Below, one piece after another: positions 30,344 through 40,019 of a stretch of DNA of 64,000 nt. A program made the position numbers and the translations under genes. The notes under the pieces are model-generated. The model was not told the DNA's origin. It saw nothing but the letters and a program-made list of their open reading frames with translations, and did no database searches. The stretch is taken from the NCBI GenBank assembly GCA_963422375.2, contig OY729428.2:1824001-1888000 (forward strand), in the 5' to 3' direction. Source of the stretch: Bryobacterales bacterium. GTDB taxonomy: Bacteria > Acidobacteriota > Terriglobia > Bryobacterales > UBA6623. Within the stretch, counting starts at the first letter, position 1. Every line of letters begins with the position of its first letter.

Positions 30344-30561
30344 GGGCGGCGTCGAATTCGGCTAAGCTGGAATTTCGTTGGCGGCGCATCAGATTCGGTA
30401 TGGTCGCGATTCGACTCGGATCCAATGTCGGCCAGGACCGGCAGGCAAGCCATTCATTGCATTCACACTGCTAGGGCCCGGCCCCGCTCTGCCGCAGGTC
30501 GCCGAATCTCCAGTACCGTTCACGATGACGAGGCCATCCGCGCCCATCGTGAAAGTCTCGC

Positions 30562-32052
30562 ATGCACGGCAGGCATGAACGTCCCATAGGGCAAGCTTGG
30601 CTCAGGAGTCGGCTCGGCCTCTCTGTCCCGCTTCCTCAGACGGAATGCTATCTGGTTGCCGGCTCTCGACGAACCGAGACTGCCGGGGCGCGCACCAAGG
30701 AGTTCTATCCGCGACGGTATGGCTCGGACGATTCGGTCGTATCGCACATCAAGTTCGCATTTCGCCACGAGCCGCTGGATCTTGGTGTCTTAGCGGCTGC
30801 ATTCAAGGCATTGGATGCGGCCGAGCTTGAGGCTTGGGTGAGGGAAGAACCGTTTGGCAAGTTCAGCAGGCGCGCATGGTTTCTCTACGAGACGTTTTCC
30901 GGGATGACTCTCGATCTAGAGAACGCGCACGTCGGTGACTATGCCGATGCCTTGGACCGACGGAAACAGTTTGTCGGACCCGCCCGAAGATCCCCTCGGC
31001 ACCGGGTTGTGGACAATCTCTTGGGAGTTGCCGGTATGTGCCCCACGGTCAGGCGCACGGAGCGGCTGTCACATGCGATGAACTCGCGGGTTGACAGAGC
31101 CGCCCGGGCACTCGTCGAAGGCGTCTCTCCCGCGGTTCTCGCCAGAGCTGTCAACTTTCTGTATACCGAGGAGACTCTCTCATCTTTCGCGCTCGAGGGT
31201 GAGACTCCAAGCGCATCGCGCAGCCAGCGATTCGTCGCGGCACTCAGGGCCGCGCCCGCATTCGACCCCGCGGACAAGGCCGCGCTGACTGACCTGCAGG
31301 GAATGATCGTTGACCCCCGCTACCGGGCCGATGGCTGGCGCGACGTTCAGAACTTCGTGGGGACGACTCGTGCCGGATTCCGCGACCGCGTGGATTTCGT
31401 CTGCCCACGGCCCGCGGACGTAGCTGGCCTCATGGAGGCTTGGATGACCCTGACACGGCGCGTTGTGGACAGCGATGTCGATCCGGTCGTGGCGGCGGCT
31501 GTGGCGGCTTTCGCGTTCGTCCTGATACACCCGTTCGAGGACGGGAACGGCCGCATCCACCGATTCCTCGTCCACCACGTCTTGGCGAAGCGGAAGTTCA
31601 GCCCTCCAGGAGTCATCTTTCCCGTCTCGGCGGCGATTCTGCGCGACAGGCAAGGCTACAGCGCGGTGCTCGAATCGTTCTCTCAGGCGATCCTTCCTTT
31701 CGTCCGCTGGTACATGACACCCGAAAGGGCGGTAGTTGTCGAGAACGATACCGCCGATCTCTACCGCTATTACGACGCTACGGCATTCGCTGAGTTCTTG
31801 TATGACAAGGTTGGAGAGACAGTCAGCAAGGACTTGGAGGAGGAGATTGGTTTCATCGACGTCTTCGACCGGGCGTTCGAGTCGGCTCGCGAGATCGTTG
31901 ACATGCCGGACCGCAAGGCTTCCCTGTTCGTCCGGATTTGCATGCAGAACGGCGGGACGCTCGGTAGGAGCAAGCGGAGCAAGTTTTCCGAACTGGATGA
32001 CGCGGAGGTCGCGGCGATGGAGACGGCCGTCCGCAATGCGATGAAGCGCTGA
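30562..32052 (+). CDS. Fic family protein
   Basis: Canonical HPFEDGNGRIHR motif; ETLSSFALEGE and RHRVVDNLLG motifs typical of long Fic proteins. Confidence 0.92.
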   Translation: MHGRHERPIGQAWLRSRLGLSVPLPQTECYLVAGSRRTETAGARTKEFYPRRYGSDDSVVSHIKFAFRHEPLDLGVLAAAFKALDAAELEAWVREEPFGKFSRRAWFLYETFSGMTLDLENAHVGDYADALDRRKQFVGPARRSPRHRVVDNLLGVAGMCPTVRRTERLSHAMNSRVDRAARALVEGVSPAVLARAVNFLYTEETLSSFALEGETPSASRSQRFVAALRAAPAFDPADKAALTDLQGMIVDPRYRADGWRDVQNFVGTTRAGFRDRVDFVCPRPADVAGLMEAWMTLTRRVVDSDVDPVVAAAVAAFAFVLIHPFEDGNGRIHRFLVHHVLAKRKFSPPGVIFPVSAAILRDRQGYSAVLESFSQAILPFVRWYMTPERAVVVENDTADLYRYYDATAFAEFLYDKVGETVSKDLEEEIGFIDVFDRAFESAREIVDMPDRKASLFVRICMQNGGTLGRSKRSKFSELDDAEVAAMETAVRNAMKR

Positions 32053-32251
32053 AGTGAGCGTGCGGCGCGCGGGTGCCGGAACTGCGCCCGATTGGACGCT
32101 GCATGTCTCCGCGCCCGTCCGAGGCAGGGAATAGCCGGGAAATGGCTCGGCTCTCGGATCTGCTGCTACGCGCCCCGTAGGGTCTAGGCTAGCCGGGTGA
32201 TTCCGTGTCGGCGATGCCGTCTGCGACGATGTACACTTGCCGGTGCGCGCC

Positions 32252-33868
32252 ATGAAGAGCTACGCGGCAGGCCCTACGATTCCTCTGCTCGGCAAGCCGA
32301 TCGGCGAGGTTTTCGATGACACCGTGGCGGCACATCCCGACAGGGAGGCGCTGGTCTCCCGGCACCAGTGCTTGCGGCTGACCTTCCGCGAGCTCGCGGA
32401 ACAGGTCGAACGGACCGCGGCCGGGCTCTGGGGGCTGGGCATCCGCCCGGGCGACCGCGTCGGGATGTGGGCCTCCAGCTGCGCCGAGTGGATTTACCTG
32501 CAAGTCGCGACCGCCAAGATCGGCGCGATCCTCGTCAACGTCAATCCTGCCTACCGTGCGCACGACCTCTCCTACATCCTCGAGCGCTCGGCGATGAAGG
32601 CGATCTTCCTGCACGAGAGGGACGCGCGGGTCAGCTACGCCGAAGTGCTGGAGCAAGCCTGTGAGGAAGGTCCGCAGTCGCTCTCTGCGTCCGTGCTCCT
32701 CGGTACGGAGCAGTGGCGAGCGATGCTCGACGCCGGTGTCCGCCCCGAGCCCGGCCCTCGGCACCGGGACGACGTCGTCAACATTCAGTACACCTCGGGC
32801 ACGACCGGCAGTCCCAAGGGCGTCCTCCTGACCCACCGCAACATCGCCAACAACGCCTACTTGGTGGGACGCGGGATCGATTGGAAGTCCGCGGACAGCC
32901 TCTGCCTCCCGGTGCCGCTGTACCACTGCTTCGGCTGCGTGCTCGGGTCGTTGCAGGCGATCGTGTTCGGCGCGAAGCTGGTCCTGCCCTCCGCCCAGTT
33001 CGATCCGCTGGCCGTCCTGCGCGCCATCCACGAGGAACGCTGCACGACCGTGTACGGCGTTCCCACGATGTTCATCGCCGAACTCAACCATCTCGAGTTC
33101 GCCCGATTCGATACATCCAGCCTTCGCACCGGGATCATGGCGGGTTCGCCCTGTCCGGTCGAGCTGATGAAACGGGTCGTGAGCGAGATGCATTGCGAGG
33201 AAATGACGATCGCCTACGGCCTGACCGAAGCTTCGCCGGCCATCACGCAAAGCATGTGCGACGACTCTCTCGACGTGCGTACCAGCACCGTAGGCCGGGC
33301 CATGCCCTGCACGGAAGTGAAGGTTGTCGACCGCGAGACCGGCGAGACCGTCGATGTCGGAACGCAGGGCGAGCTGCTGGCAAGAGGCTACCTCGTGATG
33401 AAGGGCTACGACAACGATCCCGAGAACACAGCGCGCGCCGTCGATAGCGAAGGCTGGCTGCGGACCGGCGACCTAGCGACCATGCGCGAGGACGGCAACT
33501 TCCGTATCACCGGTCGCGCCAAGGAGATGATCATTCGCGGCGGGGAGAACATCTATCCCCGCGAGATCGAGGAGTACCTGCACGGGCACCCCGATATCGC
33601 CGACGTTTACGTGGTCGGGGTGCCGGACGAGCGCCTCGGGGAGCGGCTTCTTGCTTGGATCAAGGTTCGCGACGGCAGCGAGCTGACGGAGGAGGGCGTC
33701 AAGGCCTACTGCCGCGGCCGGATCGCGCACTTCAAGGTTCCGGAGTACGTCCGCTTCGTCGACGGATTCCCGATGACGGTGACAGGCAAGGTCCAGAAGT
33801 TCGTCATGCGGCAGCGCGAGATCGAGCTGCGCGGGCTCGCCCGGCCGGCCGGCCTAGTGACCGCCTGA
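32252..33868 (+). CDS. AMP-binding acyl-CoA synthetase
   Basis: YTSGTTGSPKG, PLYHCFG, AYGLTEASP, GWLRTGD, RGGENIYPRE and TGKVQK motifs. Confidence 0.95.
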   Translation: MKSYAAGPTIPLLGKPIGEVFDDTVAAHPDREALVSRHQCLRLTFRELAEQVERTAAGLWGLGIRPGDRVGMWASSCAEWIYLQVATAKIGAILVNVNPAYRAHDLSYILERSAMKAIFLHERDARVSYAEVLEQACEEGPQSLSASVLLGTEQWRAMLDAGVRPEPGPRHRDDVVNIQYTSGTTGSPKGVLLTHRNIANNAYLVGRGIDWKSADSLCLPVPLYHCFGCVLGSLQAIVFGAKLVLPSAQFDPLAVLRAIHEERCTTVYGVPTMFIAELNHLEFARFDTSSLRTGIMAGSPCPVELMKRVVSEMHCEEMTIAYGLTEASPAITQSMCDDSLDVRTSTVGRAMPCTEVKVVDRETGETVDVGTQGELLARGYLVMKGYDNDPENTARAVDSEGWLRTGDLATMREDGNFRITGRAKEMIIRGGENIYPREIEEYLHGHPDIADVYVVGVPDERLGERLLAWIKVRDGSELTEEGVKAYCRGRIAHFKVPEYVRFVDGFPMTVTGKVQKFVMRQREIELRGLARPAGLVTA

Positions 33869-33897
33869 GCCGGTCCGTGGCCGGGACAGCCGCTCGG

Positions 33898-36800
33898 TCA
33901 GCCGCCCTGCAGGCGCGCTTGGTCGAGCACCCACTCGCGAATCACTTGGTAGCTGGGGTCGTCGGGCTCGTAGCGCACGCCTCCCTGATGTCCGTCCTCC
34001 TCGCCCGACTGGATGTTCAGGGGCTTGCGCAGGAACTTGCTTCGCTCTACGTCGTGCAGGTCCACGCGCTGCTGCATGCGGCGGTAGTTCCCCAGAAGCG
34101 CCTCCGGTGGAATGTAGCCCGCGGCGTCCGGAGCCTCTAGATACAGCGTCGGCACGCGGCCCGGCACGCCGTGGCATGAAATGCAGGCGCGGTTATCTCT
34201 CGGGTCGATCCGGGTCAGCTCGGTGAAGACGTAGTCGCGGAAGCGGATCAAGTCGGCGATCCACTCGTCCGAGTCGCCGAGCGGACGGACTTCGCCCGAC
34301 TGCTGCTCGGCACTCTGCTCCCGGATGAGACCGCGTAGCCGCCGACCGTAAATCTTGTCGTCGCTGTTGAGAATATTCTCGATGCGCGTGCGGTAGACCG
34401 GGCTGGGCTCGTGTTCGAACCAGGCGCTCAGGGCCTTGAGCACTTCCGGGTGGCGTCGCAGGGCGGTCTTGTTCGCTAGGTTGATCGCCTGCTTGCGCAC
34501 GTCCTCCGGCGTGTCCGCGGAGAACCAGGATGTGAACATTCCGACGAGCCGGTCCTTGGCTTCGACTATCGGGTCGATCACGTCGATGCCGAGATCGTCC
34601 TTCGTGAAGAGAGAGCCCGAGCTCTCGCCGGGCACGAGCTTTACGTAGTCCAGCCCGAAGATGTAGTTCTTCTCGGCGTCCAGGTTGGCCCCCGTCATAC
34701 GGAACCCGAGGCGGTTCGCGCCGGCCTCGAACTGGTGGACGCCGAGCGACACCGGTCCCGGGGCCGTCAGGTCGGGGCGGTAGTAGTCGATCGGATCGCC
34801 GATCGGATCGCCGTTCAGGACGGGCTGGACGATCCCCATCTCGCGGTCGTGGAGAAACGCCGCGACGATCTCGTAGGGCCCGGCCTCGGGCGCCTCGACC
34901 CCGAATTCCAGGCGGTCTCCGGGCAAGCCCTCGCGCCACCACAGGATGGTGTTGCGGCTGGTCAGGCCGTCCGGCACCAGCTGCTCGGTGGTTCGCCCCC
35001 CGGACAGCTCCAGGACCGTCAGCTCTTCCGCCTCGGTCGCGCCCTCGACTGCGTCCTCGAGGGCCGGGCCGCCTTCCTGGAATCGCAGCATCCATTCGGT
35101 CGAAGGCAGCCAGAAAAGCGCGTCCCCGCCGACGTGGTCGAAGGCCGCCCGGCGGTGGAGCGAGGGATTGGCCCCCAGCACCGTGCCCAGCAGCGTCGCG
35201 CGCTCGCTGCGGACGGCGGCGCTGTCCTCAGCGGATGGCGCCGGCCGGCCCAGAAAGCTCGACACGGCCGCTACCGGCCTCGCCTCCTCGCGGGGAACGA
35301 GCAGATCGAAGAAATCCCGCTCGGCGTCGGCGTCGCCCTCCGGGAACTCCCACCGGACCCTCGACAGGAACCGCACCAGCGCATCGGCGTCGTCCCTGCG
35401 CCCGGTCGCCAGGAAGGCGTCGAGCTTGGCGAGCAGCGGGCGGATCGTGTTCCGCGAGGCGCTGAGCCGCAAGGCGCTCGGGTTGGCTAGGGCCTTGGCC
35501 GCGGCGGCGACCTGCTCGAGGTCGTCGCTTTGCAGCAGGCCTAGAAGGTGCTCTTGCAGAGGCAGGAAGTTGACGTTGGCCGCGCCCTGCAGCGCGATCG
35601 ACTGCCAAGGGGCCGCCCCGCTGTCGTCGCGGTCCCGGTACACACTCAGAAGGATGTCGCCCAGCAGCTGCGTGGCGCCGGGCGTCGAGTAGCCGAGCTG
35701 GCCAGGACCGCCGTCGTTGCCGCGCTCTTGGAAGTGCGTCGCTGCCACCGCGGCCAGCCGCTGCTCGAACAGGTCCCGGCGGTCCCCGGCGCCGCTCCGG
35801 GCGGAGGCCAGCATGCGGTACAGATCCTCCAGCTCGCGGTACTGCTGCTCGCGGTTGCCGACGCCAGTTTGGTTCGCGATCTGCCCGTTGACGATCAGCA
35901 GCGAGGCGGTGGAGTAGCGCAGCGCGTTCTCGGCGTGGGCGCTGGCCTCCTCGGTCAGCAGCGCCCGCACCCAGGCCTTGTTGATGCGCTGGCGCAGCGG
36001 CGGGTTCCAGACCCACCAGTGCCACGCTGCCTTGAAGGCGTAGGCCCTGACTCCGGCGAAGGGGTCGCGCATGGCCCGGGCGAGGAGATCCGCGAGCGCG
36101 TTGCGGTCCGCCTGCGAGCCAGGTCCGACTAAGTCGACCCGCATCACCAGCGCTTGCAGGAGCGACTGCCGCGTGCGCTCGTCGCCGCTCCGGTAGGCCG
36201 CGAACACAGCGGGCCAGCCTTGATCGTCGATCAGCAGCTGGCGCAGCGACCAGAAGGCAGCCTCGCGGCAGGCCTTGACCGGGTCGGAAAGCCCCGTCAC
36301 CAAGGCCGGGATTCCGCTCGGCGCGAGCGCGCCTCCCAAGCCGAGGTAGGCGAAGTAGCGCACTTGGGGCAGCGGGTCGTCCGCGACGTCCAGCATCAGG
36401 TCGGCTAGGTCGGCCCGGCCCGTCGATTGCAGGGCGCGCACCCGCGACAGCCTCTCTAAGGGCGTCTCGCCCGGGAGCGGCTCGAAGTCGCTCCGCTCGA
36501 ACGGCTTGGCGTCACCCGGGAAAAGCCTGCTCAGTGCCCGGACCACGTAGGCGTTGGTCACGAATCCGGTCTGGGCCGACCGGTTCCACAGGCCGTATTC
36601 GAACTGCGCCCGCAGCAGCCAGTCGACAGCCCGCCGGACCGGCGGGCTGTCGGGGCCGTGCCCGGCCGCTCGCAGCGCGAGCAGCGCGACCGCCGTCGGA
36701 GCGGGATCTCCCGGCTCGTCGATGCGGGACCACGTGTCGGCGGATTCGTCGTGGACGCCGAGATCGAAGCCCCACGAGCCGTCTTCCTGCTGCAGCGCGA

Positions 36801-38742
36801 GGAGCCGGCGGAGGTCTCGCCCGACTTGGCGCTGGAAGCCGGGCAATAGCTCGGCATAGCGCTTGCCGAGTTCCGATGCGGGATCCAGCTCCGCAAGCTC
36901 GCTGCGAGGCAGCAGGTCGTGGAAGAACTCGATGCGGTGGCCCAGATCGTCGGAGACCTTGATCTGCACGTCCCCCGTCGACACGATCTTCTCGGCCTTC
37001 TCGAGTACGCCCGCGAGGTATCTCTCCTCGCCGCTGTCGCGCCAGGCGCGCTCGAGGATCTCGGCGGCGAACTTGAACACGACGTTGGGGCCGAAGTTCG
37101 ATCCCTTGCCTGCGGCGTTGATTCCCCCCGGGTCGGCCGTCTGCAGCACGTAGTTGGCGGTCCTGCGCTGCTGGTAGGAGTGCAGGCGCTTCGGCTCGAA
37201 CGTGCGCTCGTGCAGCACGACGTTGCGTCCGGCGACGCGGCTCCCGGCCGGGGCGTCGCCCAGATCGTTCGGCGCGAGCGAGGTGTTGACTGCCGCGTCG
37301 ACCAGGTGGTTGGTCGGGCGCAGGCTCTCGTACATCGTGTTGACCAGGCGGCGGTGATTCTGGATCGTTCCGTCGGGCCGGTAGCCGTGTCGCAGCGCGT
37401 CGGCTACGCCCCACACTCCGCTCTGCGTGTGGCAGCTCATGCAGTTCTCGCCGAAAAGGCTCGATCCGTCCCGCACTCGCCGATGGACGGCGATATTCCT
37501 GGGGCGGTGGATCAGCCACGCGTCGATCTCGGCTAGGTGGTAGTAGATGGATTGCTTGAGAGCGCGCTGGGGCGTCTCGTAGGGAGCCGGATCCACGAGC
37601 CGGACCTCCAGCTCGTAACCGGGCTGGTTCGCTTCCACGCGCAGGAAGTAGGTCCCGCCCGGCTGGACCCGACGCGTCACGAACGAGCGGAAGTTGTCGT
37701 CCTGCTGGTGAATCCTCTCATTGACGTCCCGGCCGTCGTAGTAGGTGTAGACCGGTACCGGCCCCGGGATCGCCTCGGTGTCCGGGTGGATGTAGGGGAC
37801 GGCGTTGTTGTTTCCGAAGTCCTCTCGCTGGGCCGCCTTGCGCGGCTTGAGCTCCTCCGGTGTCGGGACGCCCGGCTTATAGATGCGGATCCTGGCGCTG
37901 ACGACCGGGTCGGGCAACTGCAGGTTCGCCGTGAACAGCTTGACGCGGTCGCCGCGATACTCCAGCCGGTACCAATCGTCCGGCGACCTGCCGGAGTCGG
38001 CGTTGTCGAAGTACTCGAGGTCGTCGGCCCCGCCTACCACGCGCAGCACTTGGTCGCCGCTGCCCGGCAGGAAGGGAAGCTTGACGGCGTGCTCGGGCTC
38101 GTTGTTCGGCTCGGTCTCGAGAACGATGTCGCGGGCCTGGGTGGCCTCCACCAAGTCGACGTCGACGCGAATCTCGGCGCCTTGGATTGGGGGTGTTCGG
38201 GTCGGCTTGACCGCGGCGAGGGACGCGAGTCCCGTGTCGCGGTGGTACTGCGACAGAGCCTGCTCGCGGTTCACCACTGTCTCGAGCCGGAGCTCGTACC
38301 GTCCGGGAACGGGGGCCCTGTACAGCAGGTACACGTCTGGGTCGAGGGCGTGGAGGATCTTCGTCCACCCGTTGTCTATGCCGGTCACTAGGTCGCCGCG
38401 CCGCTCGGGCCCAGCCGTGTCGTCCGTGGGCGGGCCGCTCCAGCGGGCCTCGATCCTGGCGTTGTCCGGGAGGCGGCCCGGGCTCACGATGCCGACTCGG
38501 ATCTGCACCGTCTGGAGGGACTCGAGGTCCCACGCCTTGGACCACGATCCGTTGAATTCAACGGTCTCCCCTGAAGCCCGCGCCGGAGCGAGACAGCACA
38601 ATGCGGCCGCGACCAACACGGCCGGGCCGATGCCGAACGATGAGTGGCTCGCTGCGGGCCTGCTCCGACACTCAATGGGCGCTCCCTCGAGCGCCGGGCG
38701 CGGGATCGAATGGCAAGCAGAGAGAAGGCTTCGTATCGGCAT
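33898..38742 (-). CDS. Giant secreted multidomain protein (PPC-like, CxxCH, QW-like repeats, HEAT repeats, jelly-roll, C-terminal CxxCH)
   Basis: 1614-aa ORF with host codon usage; ETEPNN, CMSCH, LQQEDGSWG, AQFEYGLW, DPLPQVR/DPVKACR HEAT-like units, CISCH. Start uncertain. Confidence 0.85.
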   Translation of the reverse strand: MPIRSLLSACHSIPRPALEGAPIECRSRPAASHSSFGIGPAVLVAAALCCLAPARASGETVEFNGSWSKAWDLESLQTVQIRVGIVSPGRLPDNARIEARWSGPPTDDTAGPERRGDLVTGIDNGWTKILHALDPDVYLLYRAPVPGRYELRLETVVNREQALSQYHRDTGLASLAAVKPTRTPPIQGAEIRVDVDLVEATQARDIVLETEPNNEPEHAVKLPFLPGSGDQVLRVVGGADDLEYFDNADSGRSPDDWYRLEYRGDRVKLFTANLQLPDPVVSARIRIYKPGVPTPEELKPRKAAQREDFGNNNAVPYIHPDTEAIPGPVPVYTYYDGRDVNERIHQQDDNFRSFVTRRVQPGGTYFLRVEANQPGYELEVRLVDPAPYETPQRALKQSIYYHLAEIDAWLIHRPRNIAVHRRVRDGSSLFGENCMSCHTQSGVWGVADALRHGYRPDGTIQNHRRLVNTMYESLRPTNHLVDAAVNTSLAPNDLGDAPAGSRVAGRNVVLHERTFEPKRLHSYQQRRTANYVLQTADPGGINAAGKGSNFGPNVVFKFAAEILERAWRDSGEERYLAGVLEKAEKIVSTGDVQIKVSDDLGHRIEFFHDLLPRSELAELDPASELGKRYAELLPGFQRQVGRDLRRLLALQQEDGSWGFDLGVHDESADTWSRIDEPGDPAPTAVALLALRAAGHGPDSPPVRRAVDWLLRAQFEYGLWNRSAQTGFVTNAYVVRALSRLFPGDAKPFERSDFEPLPGETPLERLSRVRALQSTGRADLADLMLDVADDPLPQVRYFAYLGLGGALAPSGIPALVTGLSDPVKACREAAFWSLRQLLIDDQGWPAVFAAYRSGDERTRQSLLQALVMRVDLVGPGSQADRNALADLLARAMRDPFAGVRAYAFKAAWHWWVWNPPLRQRINKAWVRALLTEEASAHAENALRYSTASLLIVNGQIANQTGVGNREQQYRELEDLYRMLASARSGAGDRRDLFEQRLAAVAATHFQERGNDGGPGQLGYSTPGATQLLGDILLSVYRDRDDSGAAPWQSIALQGAANVNFLPLQEHLLGLLQSDDLEQVAAAAKALANPSALRLSASRNTIRPLLAKLDAFLATGRRDDADALVRFLSRVRWEFPEGDADAERDFFDLLVPREEARPVAAVSSFLGRPAPSAEDSAAVRSERATLLGTVLGANPSLHRRAAFDHVGGDALFWLPSTEWMLRFQEGGPALEDAVEGATEAEELTVLELSGGRTTEQLVPDGLTSRNTILWWREGLPGDRLEFGVEAPEAGPYEIVAAFLHDREMGIVQPVLNGDPIGDPIDYYRPDLTAPGPVSLGVHQFEAGANRLGFRMTGANLDAEKNYIFGLDYVKLVPGESSGSLFTKDDLGIDVIDPIVEAKDRLVGMFTSWFSADTPEDVRKQAINLANKTALRRHPEVLKALSAWFEHEPSPVYRTRIENILNSDDKIYGRRLRGLIREQSAEQQSGEVRPLGDSDEWIADLIRFRDYVFTELTRIDPRDNRACISCHGVPGRVPTLYLEAPDAAGYIPPEALLGNYRRMQQRVDLHDVERSKFLRKPLNIQSGEEDGHQGGVRYEPDDPSYQVIREWVLDQARLQGG

Positions 38743-38913
38743 GATCGCGATTTGCCCGGGCGTCTCCGCTTCGCGGCCGCGCTGCGCCTCCCGCGATTTT
38801 GGCCGGCTGCGAGAGGGACGCCGTCCTGACCGTTTTCGCAGTCTATTATATCCGCGCCTATATCCGCGCCGGACGCTGTCCGGCGCGCGCAGCGCCGCTG
38901 CCGCTACCGACGC

Positions 38914-39978
38914 CTAGCGGACTCTGGCGCCGAGCCTGGCCGCGATGTCGGTGGCGATCTGGCCTCCGTGGAATCGCCCGTTCTCGATGAATATCTCGTT
39001 GGTGTGCATGCCCGCCACGACAACCCCGGCGAGATAGACCCCGGGACGGTCGCTCTCCAGCGTCTCGGGGTTCGTGCGCGGCTTGCGGGCGCTCTCGTCG
39101 AACACGATCCCGACGCTCGCGAGGAACTCGGTGTCGGGCTGGTAGCCAGTCATCGCGAGGACGAAGTCGTTCGGGATCATGACTGGGCCCTGGGGTGTGT
39201 CGAGATGCAGGGCCTGCGGCTCTATCCTCGCGACGCGGGTTCCCAGATACGCCCGTATCTCGCCGTGCTTGATACGGTTCGAGATGTCCGGCATGATCCA
39301 GTACTTGATCTTCGGGCTAAGCTGGGGCTGGCGGTGGATCAGCGTCACGCGGGCGCCGGAGCGATAGCACTCCAAGGCGCAGATGGCAGCGGAATTCTGT
39401 CCGCCTATCACGGCAAGATCGCAGTCGTAGAACGGATGCGGCTCGCGGTAGTAGTGGCGGACCTTGGGCAGGTCTTCGCCTGGCACGCCCATGCGAACTG
39501 GGATGTCGTAGAAGCCGGTCGCGAGGATGACCTTCCGCGCCGCGTACTGACGCGCTCGCCCGGTCCGGTCCGTGGATGAGACGAGGAAGTCTCCGTCCGT
39601 GCCCGTCACGGTCCGGACCCGCTCGTACTGGTTGATGTCGAGCCCGAAATGGCTCGCGACCCGGCGGTAGTACTTCAGCGCTTCGCCGCGAGTCGGCTTC
39701 TCGCGGACAGCCGTCATCGGGATGTCGCCGATCTCGAGAAGTTCGGGCGTGGTGAAGAAGGTGAGGTTCGTGGGGTAGCTGTAAAGCGAGTTGACGACGC
39801 AGCCTTTCTCGATCGTTTTTACCCGGAATCCCGCCTTCTGCACCTCGATCGCGCAAGCCAAGCCAGTCGGCCCAGCGCCGACCACAATCACGTCGACCGA
39901 CTCGTCTGGCACCGCGCGCGGCAACTCCCAGTATAGGAAGGGCTCGGCCGTCGGGCCTGCCACCGGCGCGTGGGACAC
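38914..39978 (-). CDS. ypdA: YpdA family putative bacillithiol disulfide reductase
   Basis: GAGPTG, EKGCVVNSLYSYPTNLTFFTT, HYYREPHPF, GGQNSA and IFIENGRFHG motifs. Start uncertain. Confidence 0.88.
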   Translation of the reverse strand: MSHAPVAGPTAEPFLYWELPRAVPDESVDVIVVGAGPTGLACAIEVQKAGFRVKTIEKGCVVNSLYSYPTNLTFFTTPELLEIGDIPMTAVREKPTRGEALKYYRRVASHFGLDINQYERVRTVTGTDGDFLVSSTDRTGRARQYAARKVILATGFYDIPVRMGVPGEDLPKVRHYYREPHPFYDCDLAVIGGQNSAAICALECYRSGARVTLIHRQPQLSPKIKYWIMPDISNRIKHGEIRAYLGTRVARIEPQALHLDTPQGPVMIPNDFVLAMTGYQPDTEFLASVGIVFDESARKPRTNPETLESDRPGVYLAGVVVAGMHTNEIFIENGRFHGGQIATDIAARLGARVR

Positions 39979-40019
39979 TATACGGGCGCGGTGCCCGGCA
40001 CCGGTGCGGGAGGAATGCG

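Noticed and set aside
30085..30453. Repetitive N-terminal extension of the ATPase
   Set aside because: It is a translation of a 50-bp (non-triplet) DNA repeat; GTG 30084 gives a more normal protein. Not formally excluded.
33898..38742. Squalene-hopene cyclase annotation
   Set aside because: Only QW-like repeats are present; no DxDD motif, and the protein looks exported with a different architecture.
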